The notes under the pieces are model-generated. The model ran no database searches, was not told the origin of the DNA, and saw only the letters and a program-made list of their open reading frames with translations. The position numbers were made by a program, and so were the translations under genes. A DNA stretch of 64,000 nt from the human T2T-CHM13v2.0 reference genome, Homo sapiens, in assembly GCF_009914755.1 (NCBI RefSeq), contig NC_060947.1; one strand, given 5' to 3'. Positions 1-15,331 of the stretch are shown here, one piece after another; position 1 is the stretch's first letter; every line of letters starts with the position of its first letter.

Positions 1-1461
1 GCTTTACAAAATGGGAGGGCTATGCCATGTTCTAATGTTGTAAATTAAGACTCTACATTGTATACTGAAACCCTGCAGTAAGAATAAATAAATAGCCCCA
101 CTAGGCTTTCCACATTTTCATTCTAAACTCTCTTGAACAGACATTAGCAAATGGAGTTAAAATTCCTTTTATATTTAAATATATGTAGCTGACATAATTC
201 AGATATTTTAAAATTATTTAAATAAGATAGTTACTCCTCTAGAATTCAAGTAGAAAATGGGGATTATCAAACTATTCACCATAATGAAGATCTTAATCCC
301 TGCTGCTATTGGTCCATTACCACCTTCAGCAGTGATTTTTGTTTTGATTTTGCAAGCATTGTGCTTGGTAAGCTGTTTTTCACTTTACTCAGAAGTGCAT
401 ATATTATAATCTGCTTTCAGGATATTTCTATCATAAGGTTTGACTGTAGAAAAGACAATAATGTTCCCAGTTGGTAATTTAGAGTCTTCTAACTCCTCTG
501 GATAAACATTATCTGGATTCCATGTGATCTCATCAATCTTACCAACACCAACACATCTAGCATCAAAATGATATAAATAATTCATTGTATGAAGGATCAT
601 ATTACCAAATCCTGAATGATAAAGGTTTTATCCCCTACACTGAGAGAAAATACTAAAACGTTCATGCAAGAAGCAGCATTTATGAACATTTCAAATCCAT
701 GCAGGCTAACTCTCCAATGGCAGAGTTGCATGGATGCCACTTGGACTGATCTGTTAACCAATGATGTAGGCATGTGGATTAATATCAGAATAGCCTATAC
801 TATCAGGATAAGTATCTGTAATCTAGAATATTCCTTTCATCAGTGCTCATATGAGGAGCAAATGTATCAATTCCAGGATCAATGAAACCCATTTTCCTTA
901 GCTCCATGGTGAGCTTAACTCATTGACTGTATAATTTTGAGCACTGTGAACACCAAACTTAGCCCCTCCTTTAAATGGTATATAAACTAAAGCACTTTGT
1001 ATGTTATTAAAGAAACGAAAGCCTTAATATCATTTTCACTAACATCTGTACCATAAGGGGTGCAGTGTTAGTTGTGCTGGGCCAATGTGCCCTCTATGAC
1101 CATCTAGGAGTCACTGTTCCTCTGATGGGAAAACTAAGGCCCAGCACATAGTTGTAGGCTTAATGATTTGTAAAATGTCGTGTCCCCAATTGAGTTCACC
1201 TCACCTTCTCAGATCTTCAGATTTTCCACCAGCTTTTCTCCAACCATCATGGCATCACAGTTGAAGAAGCTACCCACCCCACCCTGTAATAAATGATTTC
1301 CAATCATATTGTCCTTCATCATTGTAATGATGCCTTGTAACAGATGAGGTGGTTCCCACTGCTGCAGAAGCAAGGTCAAGTACAAATTTGGCTCCCCAGC
1401 CTCTAAGTGAGAATTAAAGGAATTCTGGAGGGGTACTTACTTTGCTGGCAAACATATGGAT
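1..1461 (-). pseudogene. GLUD1P9: Processed (intronless) glutamate dehydrogenase pseudogene derived from GLUD1; may run off the left edge
   Basis: Minus-strand translation gives colinear GLUD1-like blocks: TRHHYN (ARRHYS), EKLVENL, SLITYK, GGAK, GFIDPGIDTFAPHMST (GFIGPGIDVPAPDMST), GDKTFIIQ/GFGN, ORF 385-600 LHTMNYLYHFDARCVGVGKIDEITWNPD ([28 protein letters not shown]), KITAEGGNGP (KIIAEGANGP), LLMSVQESLE. It has many stops, frameshifts and deletions and no introns. The family call is firm; the specific symbol is a tentative recollection. Confidence 0.9.
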
Positions 1462-1989
1462 GGTGGCCTGGTGACTTTTCTTTAATTTCCTGTTGACTAG
1501 AGTATACACTGTGGCCCACTGTGATAGGGTGACTCATTTTTCTTCCTGCCCATAAACAGGGCAACCATTTTGGACTTCCCAGGGAGGCCCTCAATTATTC
1601 AGTGGAACTCAGCACCTCTCCATGCAGCTCCTGTCATCATACTCTAACAATGTAATAGTGTTTATTCCATTCGAGGTTGTTGCAAAATGCCTTGGAGGCC
1701 AACCTGTATGTTTCCAGTAGTTTCCACATTGGTTTAGCTACATATTTTAGCCGCTTCCTAAATCTCTACACCTCTTCTTCCTCCCTCATAGAGGAAGTCT
1801 CTGGTAAATGGAGTTTCCCACCAAAAATAAAATTAAGTGAGTAAAATTATCATCCCCTGTAGGGTGGTAGCCCAGTACCAAAAATGCTCAATCCTGTTCC
1901 TCTACCACCTGTTTTGCTTTTGCTTCAATTTGACTCAATCACATGCTGTCAAGTCAATGGAATCACTGAAATTATAGATCCCTTTAGGC

Positions 1990-2180
1990 TAATATGGGCT
2001 AAGAGTTTAGATTTCAGAGTTAGAACTGCATTTTATGTCTCTCTAATCATGAGTTTCCCCCATTTTAACAAGAGTGTAAAAATACATCAGAGGTTGTGAA
2101 GAATAAAAAGTTAACATATCATAATGCTTATCCTGCTATACAGTAGATACTCCATAAATGGTAGCCATTATTATTATTCA
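1990..2180 (+). mobile_element. MIR SINE (degenerate)
   Basis: gagtttccccatttt...aggttgtgaagaataaa...cagtagatactccataaatggtagccattattatt resembles the MIR core and tail. Confidence 0.55.
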
Positions 2181-2939
2181 CCTTTTAAAAAGTCTTGGTC
2201 GATTGGAACACTTTCAATAGTAACCACTGCCCGGAGTGAATTTTGGCCAGCAATTCAAATGCAGACAAGTGGCTCTTCCACAGTAGTATACCCATTGTTA
2301 GAGACCTTCTGGTCCTAAGCAGGACAAGCTTAGGTGGGCCCTGGTTGGTGCAATGTGTGGACATCATTAGTATGCACCCCAGTTTTCTCCATCTATATCC
2401 AACGGCAAGAAATCTTTGCTCACTAACACCAGTCTCTTGCTTGTGGGGATAGCATCCAGCTGTGCTTTCTGTATTGGCTAGGGCTTGTCCTATTTAAAGC
2501 AAGCCCATGCCTCACATTTGTGTGTCAAGCCCTCATCCATCTTAGGCAGAAATAGCCCGTTCTTTATTAGTTCTCAAGTATTTTTCCCTCTTATATTGCC
2601 CAAACCATTGTGTAATGCTTTTAAAACCATAAGACAATACTCTTGGGAGGAAAATCCAGCTATTTCCATTTATTTTTGCAAAAGACATTATGGCATCCAT
2701 ATAAAACCTGATTGACCCATAATTGAATTGTATAATTAGATAAGGCAATTTTATTGTATTTATATTTCAATGAAGCTGAAACGTAAAAGCAATATGAGTG
2801 TTGTGTGTGCGATTGTATATGTACAATTTGACCATTCTTGCCACTTTTACTGCAACCAATCTGATTCAAGCCATATTCACCTATGCTTTGATTTTTGCAA
2901 TTGCTTCTACACTTGCACACCTAACTGTAATCTCAGCAC

Positions 2940-4220
2940 AGCATTCAAAATAAATCAGAACTCTCCAATGGTTCCATACCCCTCTCAGAGTAAAGACAAA
3001 GTCCTTGTAATGACATCATACATGGCCCTCCACTGTGTGTACCACGCTCTTACCTTCTCACCTCATTCCCTTCTATTCTTCCCCTCATTCATTCTGCTCA
3101 AGGTAGAATGCTTCTTTGCTATTCCACAAACATTTCAGGCATGTGTTTACCTCAGAGCCTCTATAGGGGCTGTTCCTTCTGATCAAACACCCTTCTCTCA
3201 GATATCCACATCTTCACCTTTCACCTCAAGTCTATATTCAAGTTTTTCTTTTTCAACGAGTGCTACCCTGATCACCCCGTGTAAACTGAACTTCTCTGAC
3301 TGGAACTCCTGATCTGCATTCCCTGGTCCTTTTTCTCATAACATCTCTAAACTTCTTTCATACTTTATTGTTAATTTATTTGTTATGTGTATTGTTTGAC
3401 TCCTTCCCGTTCAATGTTACCTCTACCAGAGCAGGCATTTTTTTCCTTTTTAATTCCATGAAGGCATCCCCAGGTACACAGTAGTCATTCAATAAACCTT
3501 AGTTGACTGAGTGAATGTTGACTGTTCCTTTCTTCTTGAAACTCTGTTTTCTTTTGGTTCTGTGACCAATCTCTTCTGATCATTTCCCTACCTTTCTGGT
3601 TGTCACTACTCTAGTTCCTTTTTATATTCCTGTTTCTAGCCATCCCTTACATGTGGATGTCCCCCAGGACTCTTTCCTGCTCTATTTTGTTCACACCCAT
3701 GTCTCTAGCCCCCATCTGCATCATAACTTCCAAATTAATATCTCAAGCCCATATATATTTCCTCTGAGTTCTAGATGCTTATTATAAATCCACCTATCTA
3801 CTCAAAATCTCCACTAATGTGTTTCAAAGGCACTTGATACTCAAGTTGTCCCAAACTGAATGTGTTCTTTTATATTTGTCATATCAGAGCCTCTCCTCAT
3901 ATTCTCTCTTTTCTCACCACTCAAATCAGAAATCTAAGCATCATCCTTGAATTTCCCCTCATCTTATTTACCCGTACCATTTCCTCAGTTACCAAGTTCT
4001 TTTGATTATTCCCATTAAACATCTCTTAAACTATCCCTTGCTCTTTACCCCCATTACTCCTGGGGAATATTGCAGTAATCCAGGAAAATAAATAATGAAG
4101 ACCTAAAAGAATTGGTCACTTAGCTTCTACTTTTCCCTTCTAATTTACAATTCTGCTAGAGTGTGTGTTCTAAAAAGCAAATCTGACTAGGTCATGCTCT
4201 TTCTCACATCCTTTCTGTAA
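2940..4220 (+). mobile_element. L2 LINE fragments
   Basis: L2 3' tail (cacagtagtcattcaataaa...gagtgaatg, ~3480-3520) plus pyrimidine-rich L2 body sequence. Confidence 0.55.
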
Positions 4221-5169
4221 ACTCTCTGGCCTTATCAGGGTGTGCCTCTGGCTCTTCAGTGCATCCCCTCATGTGGATCCTCTGCTCAAGCTCAAGAGCT
4301 TGTCTAATGCTTTATGAATATAAAACATGACCCCTGCTTACAGATCCATAGAGAGATATAGAAACCACCTATGAAAATCACATCAAAAAATCAAAATCGA
4401 TGATCTGTAAGCCAGTAGGGAGTGAAAAAAGTTAGTGAAGAATATTGGCTGTAGTTTGTGACTGCAAAATCTTCCTGTGTGATAATCCTATATAAAAGCA
4501 CATAAACCCAATGATGAAGCTGAGAAATCACAAACAGATGAGGAGAAGGAGGAGGAGGTATTTTTGCACTGCCCATCATGCAGAATAATCCCACAATGCT
4601 CCCCATCCCGTGGAGCTTGAATTTGAACTTTCAGTTGTTGTAGGTCAATCTCCATCCTGGAAGGTAAGCTAACTCTTCCTCAACTTGCTCAGGAAGGCAC
4701 AGTCCTTGGTAAATAATCTGAATTGGTTTGATATATTTAGCATTCTTGGAAATGACCATATAATGGTCTAGAGCTAGACACACAAAGATCTATTATTTTA
4801 CAGTAAAATGAGTTATAGTCATTGAGATTGTCACTGAGAGCTACATCTCAAATGGTTTAGTAGGAGAGAAGATCTGCACTGAAATAAAAAGTATGAGTTT
4901 TTTGGTCTGGATAGATGTCTTGACATGGAACAAAAGGAAATGCCCTTCCCTGAGTAGAGCTCCTCTGGAGAGATGAACTGTGCCAGGGCGCAAGTCAGCT
5001 TGGATAAGCACTCTGGTACAGACTATGGACTTTCCTTGTAACCCTCAACATCTGGAAGGAGCATCTGGGAACAACTCAACAGCTACTAGGGTTCAAAGAA
5101 AGATAAGACCCCTCTGCCAGATCTGGGCAGAGGTTTGAACAGATGTTTTTATATTGACAGTGGTCTCAG

Positions 5170-5410
5170 AGTATGGGAATAGTATCTGGAGTAAAACCAA
5201 CCTTGATTCAAATCCTACCTCTGCCACCTAAAAGCCCTGTGAGTTCAATCTAAGTTGTTAACATTCATAGGCTTTAGCTTCCTCATCTGCAAACTGGAAT
5301 TGTTATACCTATGTAAAAGGTTGTTGCAAAGATTGAGTGGGACTATGTAATGGAGAAATGCAAGTTACAAGGCTTGGCAGATAATATTCTCTTGATAAAT
5401 GAGTTTTCAT
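5170..5410 (+). mobile_element. MIR SINE
   Basis: ttcaaatcctacctctgccacc...cttcctcatctgcaaactgg...ggttgttgcaaagattgagt. Confidence 0.7.
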
Positions 5411-5699
5411 CTTCCCTTACCCAGACTTTGACTGTATGAAGAGTGAGCCTGCAAAACCAAGAATGCTCAAGATCAAAACTGCCCCTTTTCGAACTGACCC
5501 AGTTCTCACAGCAAGGTCTTTATTTCTGTCTTTAAAATACCATCTAGAAACAACATAAGATGGAGATGTGACACTTGTTAAGAAGGAGGCCTTAAAAAGG
5601 GACTAGTACATTATTTTGTAAATGAACAATTTTTGTTTTACTCTTATCTAAAAAGTGATACACACCCTATGTTCCTTTTAATGTTGATAAGTTAAATGC

Positions 5700-7780
5700 C
5701 CTGTAATATTGTTAAGATGGCAATATTCCCCAAATTAATATACAGATTCAATTCAATGCCTATCAAAATCCTAGCTGGCTTCTTTGCAGAAATTGAAAAA
5801 ATTTGACAAGCTGACCCAAAATAACAAAAATTATTCAAAGATAAGGAAACAGTTGGAGGTCTCACACTTTCTAATTTCAAAATTTACTACAGAGCCATAG
5901 CAATCAAAACAGCATGGTACTATCATAGGATAGACATAGATAATAGAATATAATTGAAAATCCAGAAATAAATCCACACATTTGTGGTCCATTGGTTTTC
6001 AACAAGAGTGCCAACACTATTCAATGGGTAAAGAATGGTCTTTTCAAACAAGTGAAATAAACCATTTGCACATGGATATCCACATGCAAAAAAAAAAAAA
6101 AAAAACAAATTTGGATTCTTGCAGTACATCATATACAAAAATTAACTCAAAATGGATTAAAGTCCTTAACATAAAAGCTAAAACAACAAATCTCTTAGAA
6201 CACATAGGCATAAATCTTTGTGACATCGGATTAAGCAATGATTTAAACAGTGGATTAAGCAATGATGTAAGCTGTCACACCAAAACCACAAGCAGCAAAA
6301 GAACAAACAGATAAATTGGGCATCATCAAAATTAAAAATGTTTGTGCATGAAAGGACAAATCAAGAAATAGAAGGAACAACCCAGAAAATGGCAGATAAT
6401 ATTTGCCAAGCATATCTGTTAAATGGCTTAGATCCAGAATATATATATAAAGTCTACAACTCAATAAAAAAGACAACCCATTTTTAACATGGGCAAAGGA
6501 TCTGAATACATATTTTTCTGAGTAAGATGTACAAATTTCTAATAAGGGCATAAATAGATGCTCAACATCATTAGCCATCAGAGAAACACAAAGCAAAAAC
6601 ACAATGTTATATATTCATCCTGCATACCCATAACTTTATACCTGTTGACCAACATTTCACCATTTCCCCGACCTCCCCACCCCTGGTAGCCGCCATTCTA
6701 CTGTTTCTATGTGTTTGACTTGTTTAGATTCCACATATAAGTGAGATCATGCAGTATTTTCCTTTCTGTTTCCAGTGTATTTCACTTAACATAATAAATA
6801 AGTCTAGACATTTAATGTACAATATGATGACTAGCGTTAATAATACTGTATTATATATTGGAAATTTTCTAAAAGTACATTTCATGTTCTGTCACCAAAA
6901 AAAGTGACTATGAGAGGAGATGGATATGTTAATTTGCTTGACTGTAGTAATCATTTCACCACGTATATGTATATCAAAACATTATGTTATATAATGTGAT
7001 ATATAAGATAAATATAATTTTATCTTAAAAATAAAAACACTATGAGATATCACTTCACACCCACTAAGATGGAAGAATAAAAGCAACAGATAATAACCAG
7101 TATTGGCAAGAATGTGGAGAAATTCAAAGCCTCATATACTGCAGGTGGGAATGCAAAATTGTGCAGCTGTTTTGAATAATGATCGTCTAGTTACTCAAAC
7201 AGCTAAACACAGAGTTACCATGTGATCTAGCAATTCCTCTCCTAGAAATACACCCAAGAGAATTGAAAACACATGTTCAAACAAAAACCTATACATGAAT
7301 GTTCACAGCAACATTATTCATAATAGTCAAAAAGTAGAAATAACCCATTTCCATTAACTGGAGAATTGATAAATAAAATCTGGTATATCCATACAATGGA
7401 CTATTATCTAGCAAAAACAAATGAAATACTGCTTTGTGCTGCAATATGGAAGAACCTTGAAAACACTCTGCTAAATGAAAGACGACAGACACAAAAGTCT
7501 ATATATTGTATGATTCCACTTACAGGAATGTCTGGAATAGGCCAATCTATAGAGAAGAAAGTAAATTAGTATTTTCTTAGCGAGGAAGAAAAGAGGTTGG
7601 GAGTAAGTAGAGCGTGACAAAGGAAAAAATATTTCTTTTTGGAGGTGATGAAATTCTTACAAAATTGACTTTGGTGTTGGTGGCACAACTGTTAATATAC
7701 TAAAAAGCATTGACTTTTACACTTTAAATTGGAGAATTATATGGTATGTGGATTATATTTCAATAAAACCATAATAATAA
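5700..7780 (+). mobile_element. Old L1 (L1M-type) ORF2 3' end and 3'UTR, interrupted by other L1 pieces at ~6610-7030
   Basis: ORF fragments YTKINSKWIK and KIWYIHTMDYY; L1M 3'UTR ending in tttcaataaaac. Confidence 0.85.
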
Positions 7781-7869
7781 AAGATGACACATGTTCCTTA
7801 TAAAAACGTGAAGAAATTCAGATATGCAAAAGGAAGAAAAGGAAATTCCTTTTACTTTTTCTTTTTCTT

Positions 7870-10138
<2,269 letters not shown>

Positions 10139-10140
10139 CT

Positions 10141-10428
10141 TTTTTATTTTTACTTTTATTTTTTTAGAGACAGGGTCTCACTCTATTGCCCAGGCACAAT
10201 CATTACTCATTGCAGGCCCAAACTTCTTGGTTCAAGTGATCCTCCCACCTCAGCCTTCTGAGTATCTAGGACTACAGGCACATGCCACCATGCCCTATAA
10301 ATTTTAACATTTTTTGTAGAGACACGTTCTGCCTATGTTGCCCAGGCTGGTCCTGGCCTCAAGCAATCCTCCCACCTCAGCCTCCCAAAGTGCTGGGATT
10401 ATAGGTGTGAGCCATTGTGTCTGGCTCC
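10141..10428 (-). mobile_element. AluJ-like SINE
   Basis: gacagggtctcactctattgcccaggc...cctcccaaagtgctgggattataggtgtgagcc; diverged. Confidence 0.88.
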
Positions 10429-10819
10429 ATTCACATTTTTAAAAAAACTTCCTTTCTATGTTTCCCAATTGTTTTTAGGTCAAAAAATCCTTATCCTGAA
10501 AGGAAAGATCTCTCATGATTCATCCCATTACTTCTCCAATATCATATTTCAATCACTCCCGAGTTGGCATGATTTGTTCCAACTACAAAAAACTTTTCCT
10601 GCTAATATTCCATGCTCTCTTGCAAGTCCATACATTTGCACACAATATTCTCAGGGTTTGTAGCTGTTGATCCCTCCTTTCTTCATTGTGTTAATTGTAC
10701 TGATGCATCATGATTCAGCTTAGGTATCACCTCCCCCAGAAAATTTTTCCAGAACCCTGGCACGAGCTGTGTCTCCTTGGTGTCTAATAGTTCCCTGTGT
10801 TTTTTTCTATGAGATAATT

Positions 10820-11690
10820 CACTGTATGTACATTTTTTTAAATAAAAATCAGAATTAAAAATTATGCCAACTAAAAATTGAAAAAAATTTGCATGGTGCC
10901 TCAAAGATCTCTGGGACAATATCAAAAGGTCTAACATTTATACCATTAAAGTTCCAGAAGGAGCAGAAAAAGAAATTGGTGCAGAAAGTAATTTTTGCAT
11001 AAATAATTGCAGAAAACATCACAAAGTTTGATCAAAGTTATGAATTTACAGATTCAATAAATCAGTGAACTTCAAACTGCGTAAACTTAAGGAAAATCAT
11101 TTCTAGACAGATAATAAAACAATACCAAAGAAAGAAAAACCTTTGAAGTACCTACAGAAAAATGACACATAATATATATGGTTAACAGTAATTTGGAATA
11201 CTGTGAATTTCTTGTCAGAAACTATGGAGGACAGAAAACAGAAGAATAATGCCTTTAAATTAGAAGAAGATAACTGCCAAACCAGAATTCTATAACCAGT
11301 GAAAATATCCTTCAGGAATGCAGGCAAATACGGACATTGTTAGATGATAAAAAACTAAGAGAACTCATTGACAGCTCTAAAAGAAATAATAAAAGAAGTT
11401 CTTCAGGCTGAACATAAATGACACCAGAGAGAATCCTGGAATGTCAGGAATGAAGACAGAGAAACAGAAATCGTAAATAGCTGAGTAAATATTTTAAAAA
11501 ACTATTTTTCTCCTCTTAAGTTCTTTAAAATACGTACTGCTATTGAAAGCACAAATTATAACATTTCCTGGTGGAGTTTTAAAAATGTATTTAGATATAT
11601 GTATTTTTATGTGTATTTAGATATAAATATATGTAAACTTTAAAAGATCAGTGAAGGATCGTGAAGTGGTTATAAGGCTTCACTTAAAAA
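10820..11690 (+). mobile_element. Old L1M ORF1-region fragment
   Basis: A-rich ctctgggacaatatcaaaagg...ccagaattctata...aaaatatccttcag, typical of L1 ORF1. Confidence 0.65.
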
Positions 11691-12050
11691 AATTTATTTA
11701 CAGTACAACTCAGTTGAATTTTGAAAAACACACACAGTTATTTAACCAACACAACAATCAAGATACCAAGTAGTTCCAAGATAGTGAACATAATCATCAC
11801 CCCCAAAAATTTCCTTGGGCCCCTTTATATTCCTTTCTTCTCTTCCCTTCCCACCTCCCCAGGCAATAAATGTGCTTTCTGTCACTATAGAGTACTTTGC
11901 ATTTTCTAGATTTTATATGAATGAAATCAAGCAGTACGTACCCTTTTTTGTCTGAGGTCTTTCTCCCAGCATAATTATTTTGAGGTTCAATTTTGTTGTG
12001 TGTATCAAAGACATGCTCATATATATTAGTGCATTGATTTTTTTTTGGCA
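11690..12050 (-). mobile_element. Old L1M 3'UTR fragment
   Basis: atcatcacccccaaaaatttcc...ttctagattttatatgaatgaaatca, antisense L1M 3'UTR. Confidence 0.6.
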
Positions 12051-12482
12051 AGACCAAGTCTACCTACAGATGCTATACATACATGAAGTATAAGTTAGAG
12101 GTAAAGATTCTGAGAGAAAGTATTTGGTATGTTACCTGCACAGTTCTTGGTACAGTGCTGTGGATACACACTGTACCAAGGTTAGATGTCACTACCTTCT
12201 GGAAGACAGCATATTTCTATGGAAAATGCCCAAGTTCCGGAGTTAAATAAAAACAATCATACCAAAGCCATCTGTTGTTAATGGATGAACATCCATGAGC
12301 AAGTTATTTTGCCTCCCTCTTTTCCTTAACTTTCTTATCCTTCAAAAACAGGGATAATAACGGCACTCCATTTGGTTGTTATGGGCATTAAAATGAGATC
12401 ACATATGTAAAGCATTGAATGTGGAGTTTGATACACAGCAGATAATTTAAAATGCTAGTTCCTTTTCTTTTCTACCCTTTTT

Positions 12483-14550
12483 AAATTTTTTAAAATTTTG
12501 TTTTAAGTTCTGGGATACATGTGCAGAACATGCATAGGTATACATGTGCCATGGTGGTTTGCTGCACCTATCAACCCATCATCTAGGTTTTAAGCCCTGC
12601 ATGCATTAGGTATTTGTCCTAATGCTCTCCCTCCCCTTGACCCCCACTCCTCAACAGGCCCTGATGTGTGATATTCCCCTCCCTTTGTCCATGCATTCTC
12701 ATTGTTCAACCCCCACTTATAAGTGAGAACATATGGTGTTTGGTTTTCTGTTCCTATGATAGTTTGCTGAGAATGATGGTTTCCGGCTTCATCCATATCT
12801 CTACAAAGGACGTGAACATATTCTTTTTTATGGCTGCATAGTATTCTATGGTGTGTATGTGCCACATTTTCTTTATAGAGTCTATCATTGGTGGGCATTT
12901 GAGTTTGTTCCACGTCTTTGCTATTGTAAATAGTGCTGCAATAAAGATGCATGTGCATGTGTCTTTATAGTAAAATGATTTATAATCCTTTGGGTATATA
13001 TCCAGTAATGGAATTGTTGGGTCTAATGGAATTTCTGGTTCTAGATTCTTGAGGAATCACCACACTGTCTTCCACAATGGCTGAACAAATTGACACTCCC
13101 ACCAACAGTGTAAAAGCATTCCTATTTCTCCACATCCTCACCAGCATCTGTTGTTTCCTGACTTTTTAATGATTGCCATTCTAACTAGTGTGAGATGGTA
13201 TCTCATTGTGGTTTTGATTTGCATTTCTCTTATGACTAGTGATGATGAGCTTTTTTTCATATGTTTGTTGGCTGCATAAATGTCTTCTTTTGAGAAGTGT
13301 CTGTTCATATCCTTCGCCTACTTTTTGATGCGATTGTTTTTTATTGTAAATTTGTTTAAGTTCCTTCTAGATTCTGTATATTACACCTTTGTCAGATAGA
13401 TAGATTGCAAAAAATTTCTCCAATTCTGTAGGTTGCCTGTTCATGCTGATGATAGTTTCTTTTGCTGTGAAGACGCTGTTTAGTTTAATTAGATCCCGTT
13501 TGTCAATTTTGGCTTTTGTTGCCATTGCTTTTGGTGTTTTAGTCATGAAATCTTTGCCCATGCCTATGCCCTGAATGGTATTGCCTAGGTTTTCTTCTAG
13601 GGTTTTCATGGTTTTAGGTTTTATATTTAAGTCTTTAATCCATCTTGAGTTAATTTTTGTATGAGGTGTAAGGAAGGGATCCAGTTTCAGCTTTCTGCAT
13701 ATGGTTAGCCAGTTTTCCCAGCACCATTTATTAAATAGGGAACCCATTCCCCATTGCTTCTTTTTGTCAGGTTTGTCAAAGATCAGATGGTTGTAGATGT
13801 GTGGTGTTATTTCTGAGGCCTCTGTTCTGTTCCATTTGTCTATATATCTGTTTTGGTACCAGTACCATGATGTTTTTGTTGCTGTAGCATTGTAGTATAG
13901 TTTGAAGTCAGGTAGCATGATGCCTCCAGGTTTGTTCTTTTTGCTTAGGATTGTCTTGGCTATGTGGGCTCTTTTTTGGTTCCATATGAAATTTGAAGTG
14001 TTTTTTTTCTAATTATGTGAAGAAAGTTCATGGTAGCTTGATGGGAATAGCATTCAGTCTATAAATTACTTCAGGCGGTATGGCCATTTTCACAATATTG
14101 ATTCTTCCTATCCATGAGCATGGCTTTATTTTGCATTTGTTTGTGTCCTCTCTTATTTCCTTGAGCAGTGGTTTGTAGTTCTCCTTAAAGAGGTCCTTCA
14201 CGTCTCTTGTAAGTTATATTCCTGGGTATTTTATTCTCTTTGTAGCAATTGTGAATGGGAGTTCACTTATTATTTGGCTCTTTGCTTGTCTGTTATTGGT
14301 GTATAGGAGTGCTTTGTGATTTTTGCACACTGATTTTGTATCCTGAGACTTTGCTGAAGTTGCTTATCAGCTTAAGGAGATTTTAAGCTGAGACTATGGG
14401 GTTTTCTAAATATACAATCATGTCATCTGCAAACAGAGACAATTTGACATCCTCTCTTCCTGTTTGAATACCCTTTATTTCTTTCTCTTGCCTGATTGTC
14501 CCGGCCAGAACTTCCAATACTATGTTGAATATGAGTGGTGAAAGAGGGCA
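12483..14550 (-). mobile_element. 5'-truncated primate L1PA (~2.07 kb)
   Basis: ORF 13367-13918 is L1 ORF2 (LPDFKLYY...[11 protein letters not shown]); L1PA 3'UTR present; 13-bp TSD ttctacccttttt at 12470-12482 and 14551-14563. Confidence 0.95.
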
Positions 14551-14636
14551 TTCTACCCTTTTTTGTCTGGGGAAAAATTGTCATCCTTGGGGGGAAAAAA
14601 AAGCAGTAGCATCTTTGAGCTTAATTGTAATACCAT

Positions 14637-14654
14637 AGTGCCATCTGGTGACCA
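14637..14654 (-). promoter_or_regulatory. CTCF-like motif
   Basis: Minus strand reads TGGTCACCAGATGGCACT versus consensus TGGCCACCAGGGGGCGCT, with a TGCAGT upstream. Confidence 0.55.
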
Positions 14655-15325
14655 TATGGAATGACTGCATTATCCACATGGGATATTTCATGTCTAACAA
14701 AAATCTACAACATGTAAATCTCTAGTGTGTTCTGGGTTAGTGTTATAGGGACAGACAGTGAGGGCTGTACTTGAGAACTGTTCTCCTGAGCTACTCCTTT
14801 GGAGATCCCTCCCCTGGTTAGGCACTTTTTCATGTCAGAAAGAAAAATAAGAATTTTCCCCTTTGCCTACCCTAAGATGGTAGATGGCAGGTTGTATAAG
14901 CAAATGAGTGAAGTCTTCACACATCCCTTCGGCTCTAAGGAAGATGCTGGGAAAGGGGAGTTGGTATTTTGTCTTGTTGAGAGATCTTCCCTTGAAAGAT
15001 TTGGCTACTGTACCTATGGCCTCGAGTCCAATCCCAAATAGGAGTTTCAAACTCAAGTAACCCCGAATAGCACCTAGCTGTCCCTAAATATGAAATAAAG
15101 GCCCCTCTTCATTCTTCCAACTACCCCAGAATGCAAAGAACTGTACCATCAGAGTGTAGCCAGGGCTTTTGAATCCATCACACTTTTACCTGAGCTCAGA
15201 TTTCATGAAGTACCTCAACCCCCACCTCCAGTGGCTTTGAAACAAGTCTTAACAGATGGTCACTCTTGCCATCCATCCCATGCCATCAATTCAAGTCAAG
15301 ACTGATCAATGTACTGAATATGAAC

Positions 15326-15331
15326 TTTATT
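15326..15331 (-). terminator. CAPN6 polyadenylation signal AATAAA
   Basis: First canonical AATAAA I found downstream of the stop (plus-strand tttatt), followed on the minus strand by UG-rich ttgatcagtcttgacttg. Confidence 0.75.

Noticed and set aside
616-885. 89-aa plus-strand ORF
   Set aside because: Antisense shadow of the GLUD pseudogene.
1435-1443. Perfect donor AAA|GTAAGT in the GLUD pseudogene leader
   Set aside because: The leader-like frame continues through it with no intron-sized gap; likely chance.
2770-3312. 180-aa plus-strand ORF
   Set aside because: Runs into pyrimidine-rich L2 sequence; low-complexity S/F composition; no recognisable domain.
13367-13918. 183-aa ORF, the longest in the window
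   Set aside because: Fragment of L1 ORF2 within a 5'-truncated, mutated L1PA.
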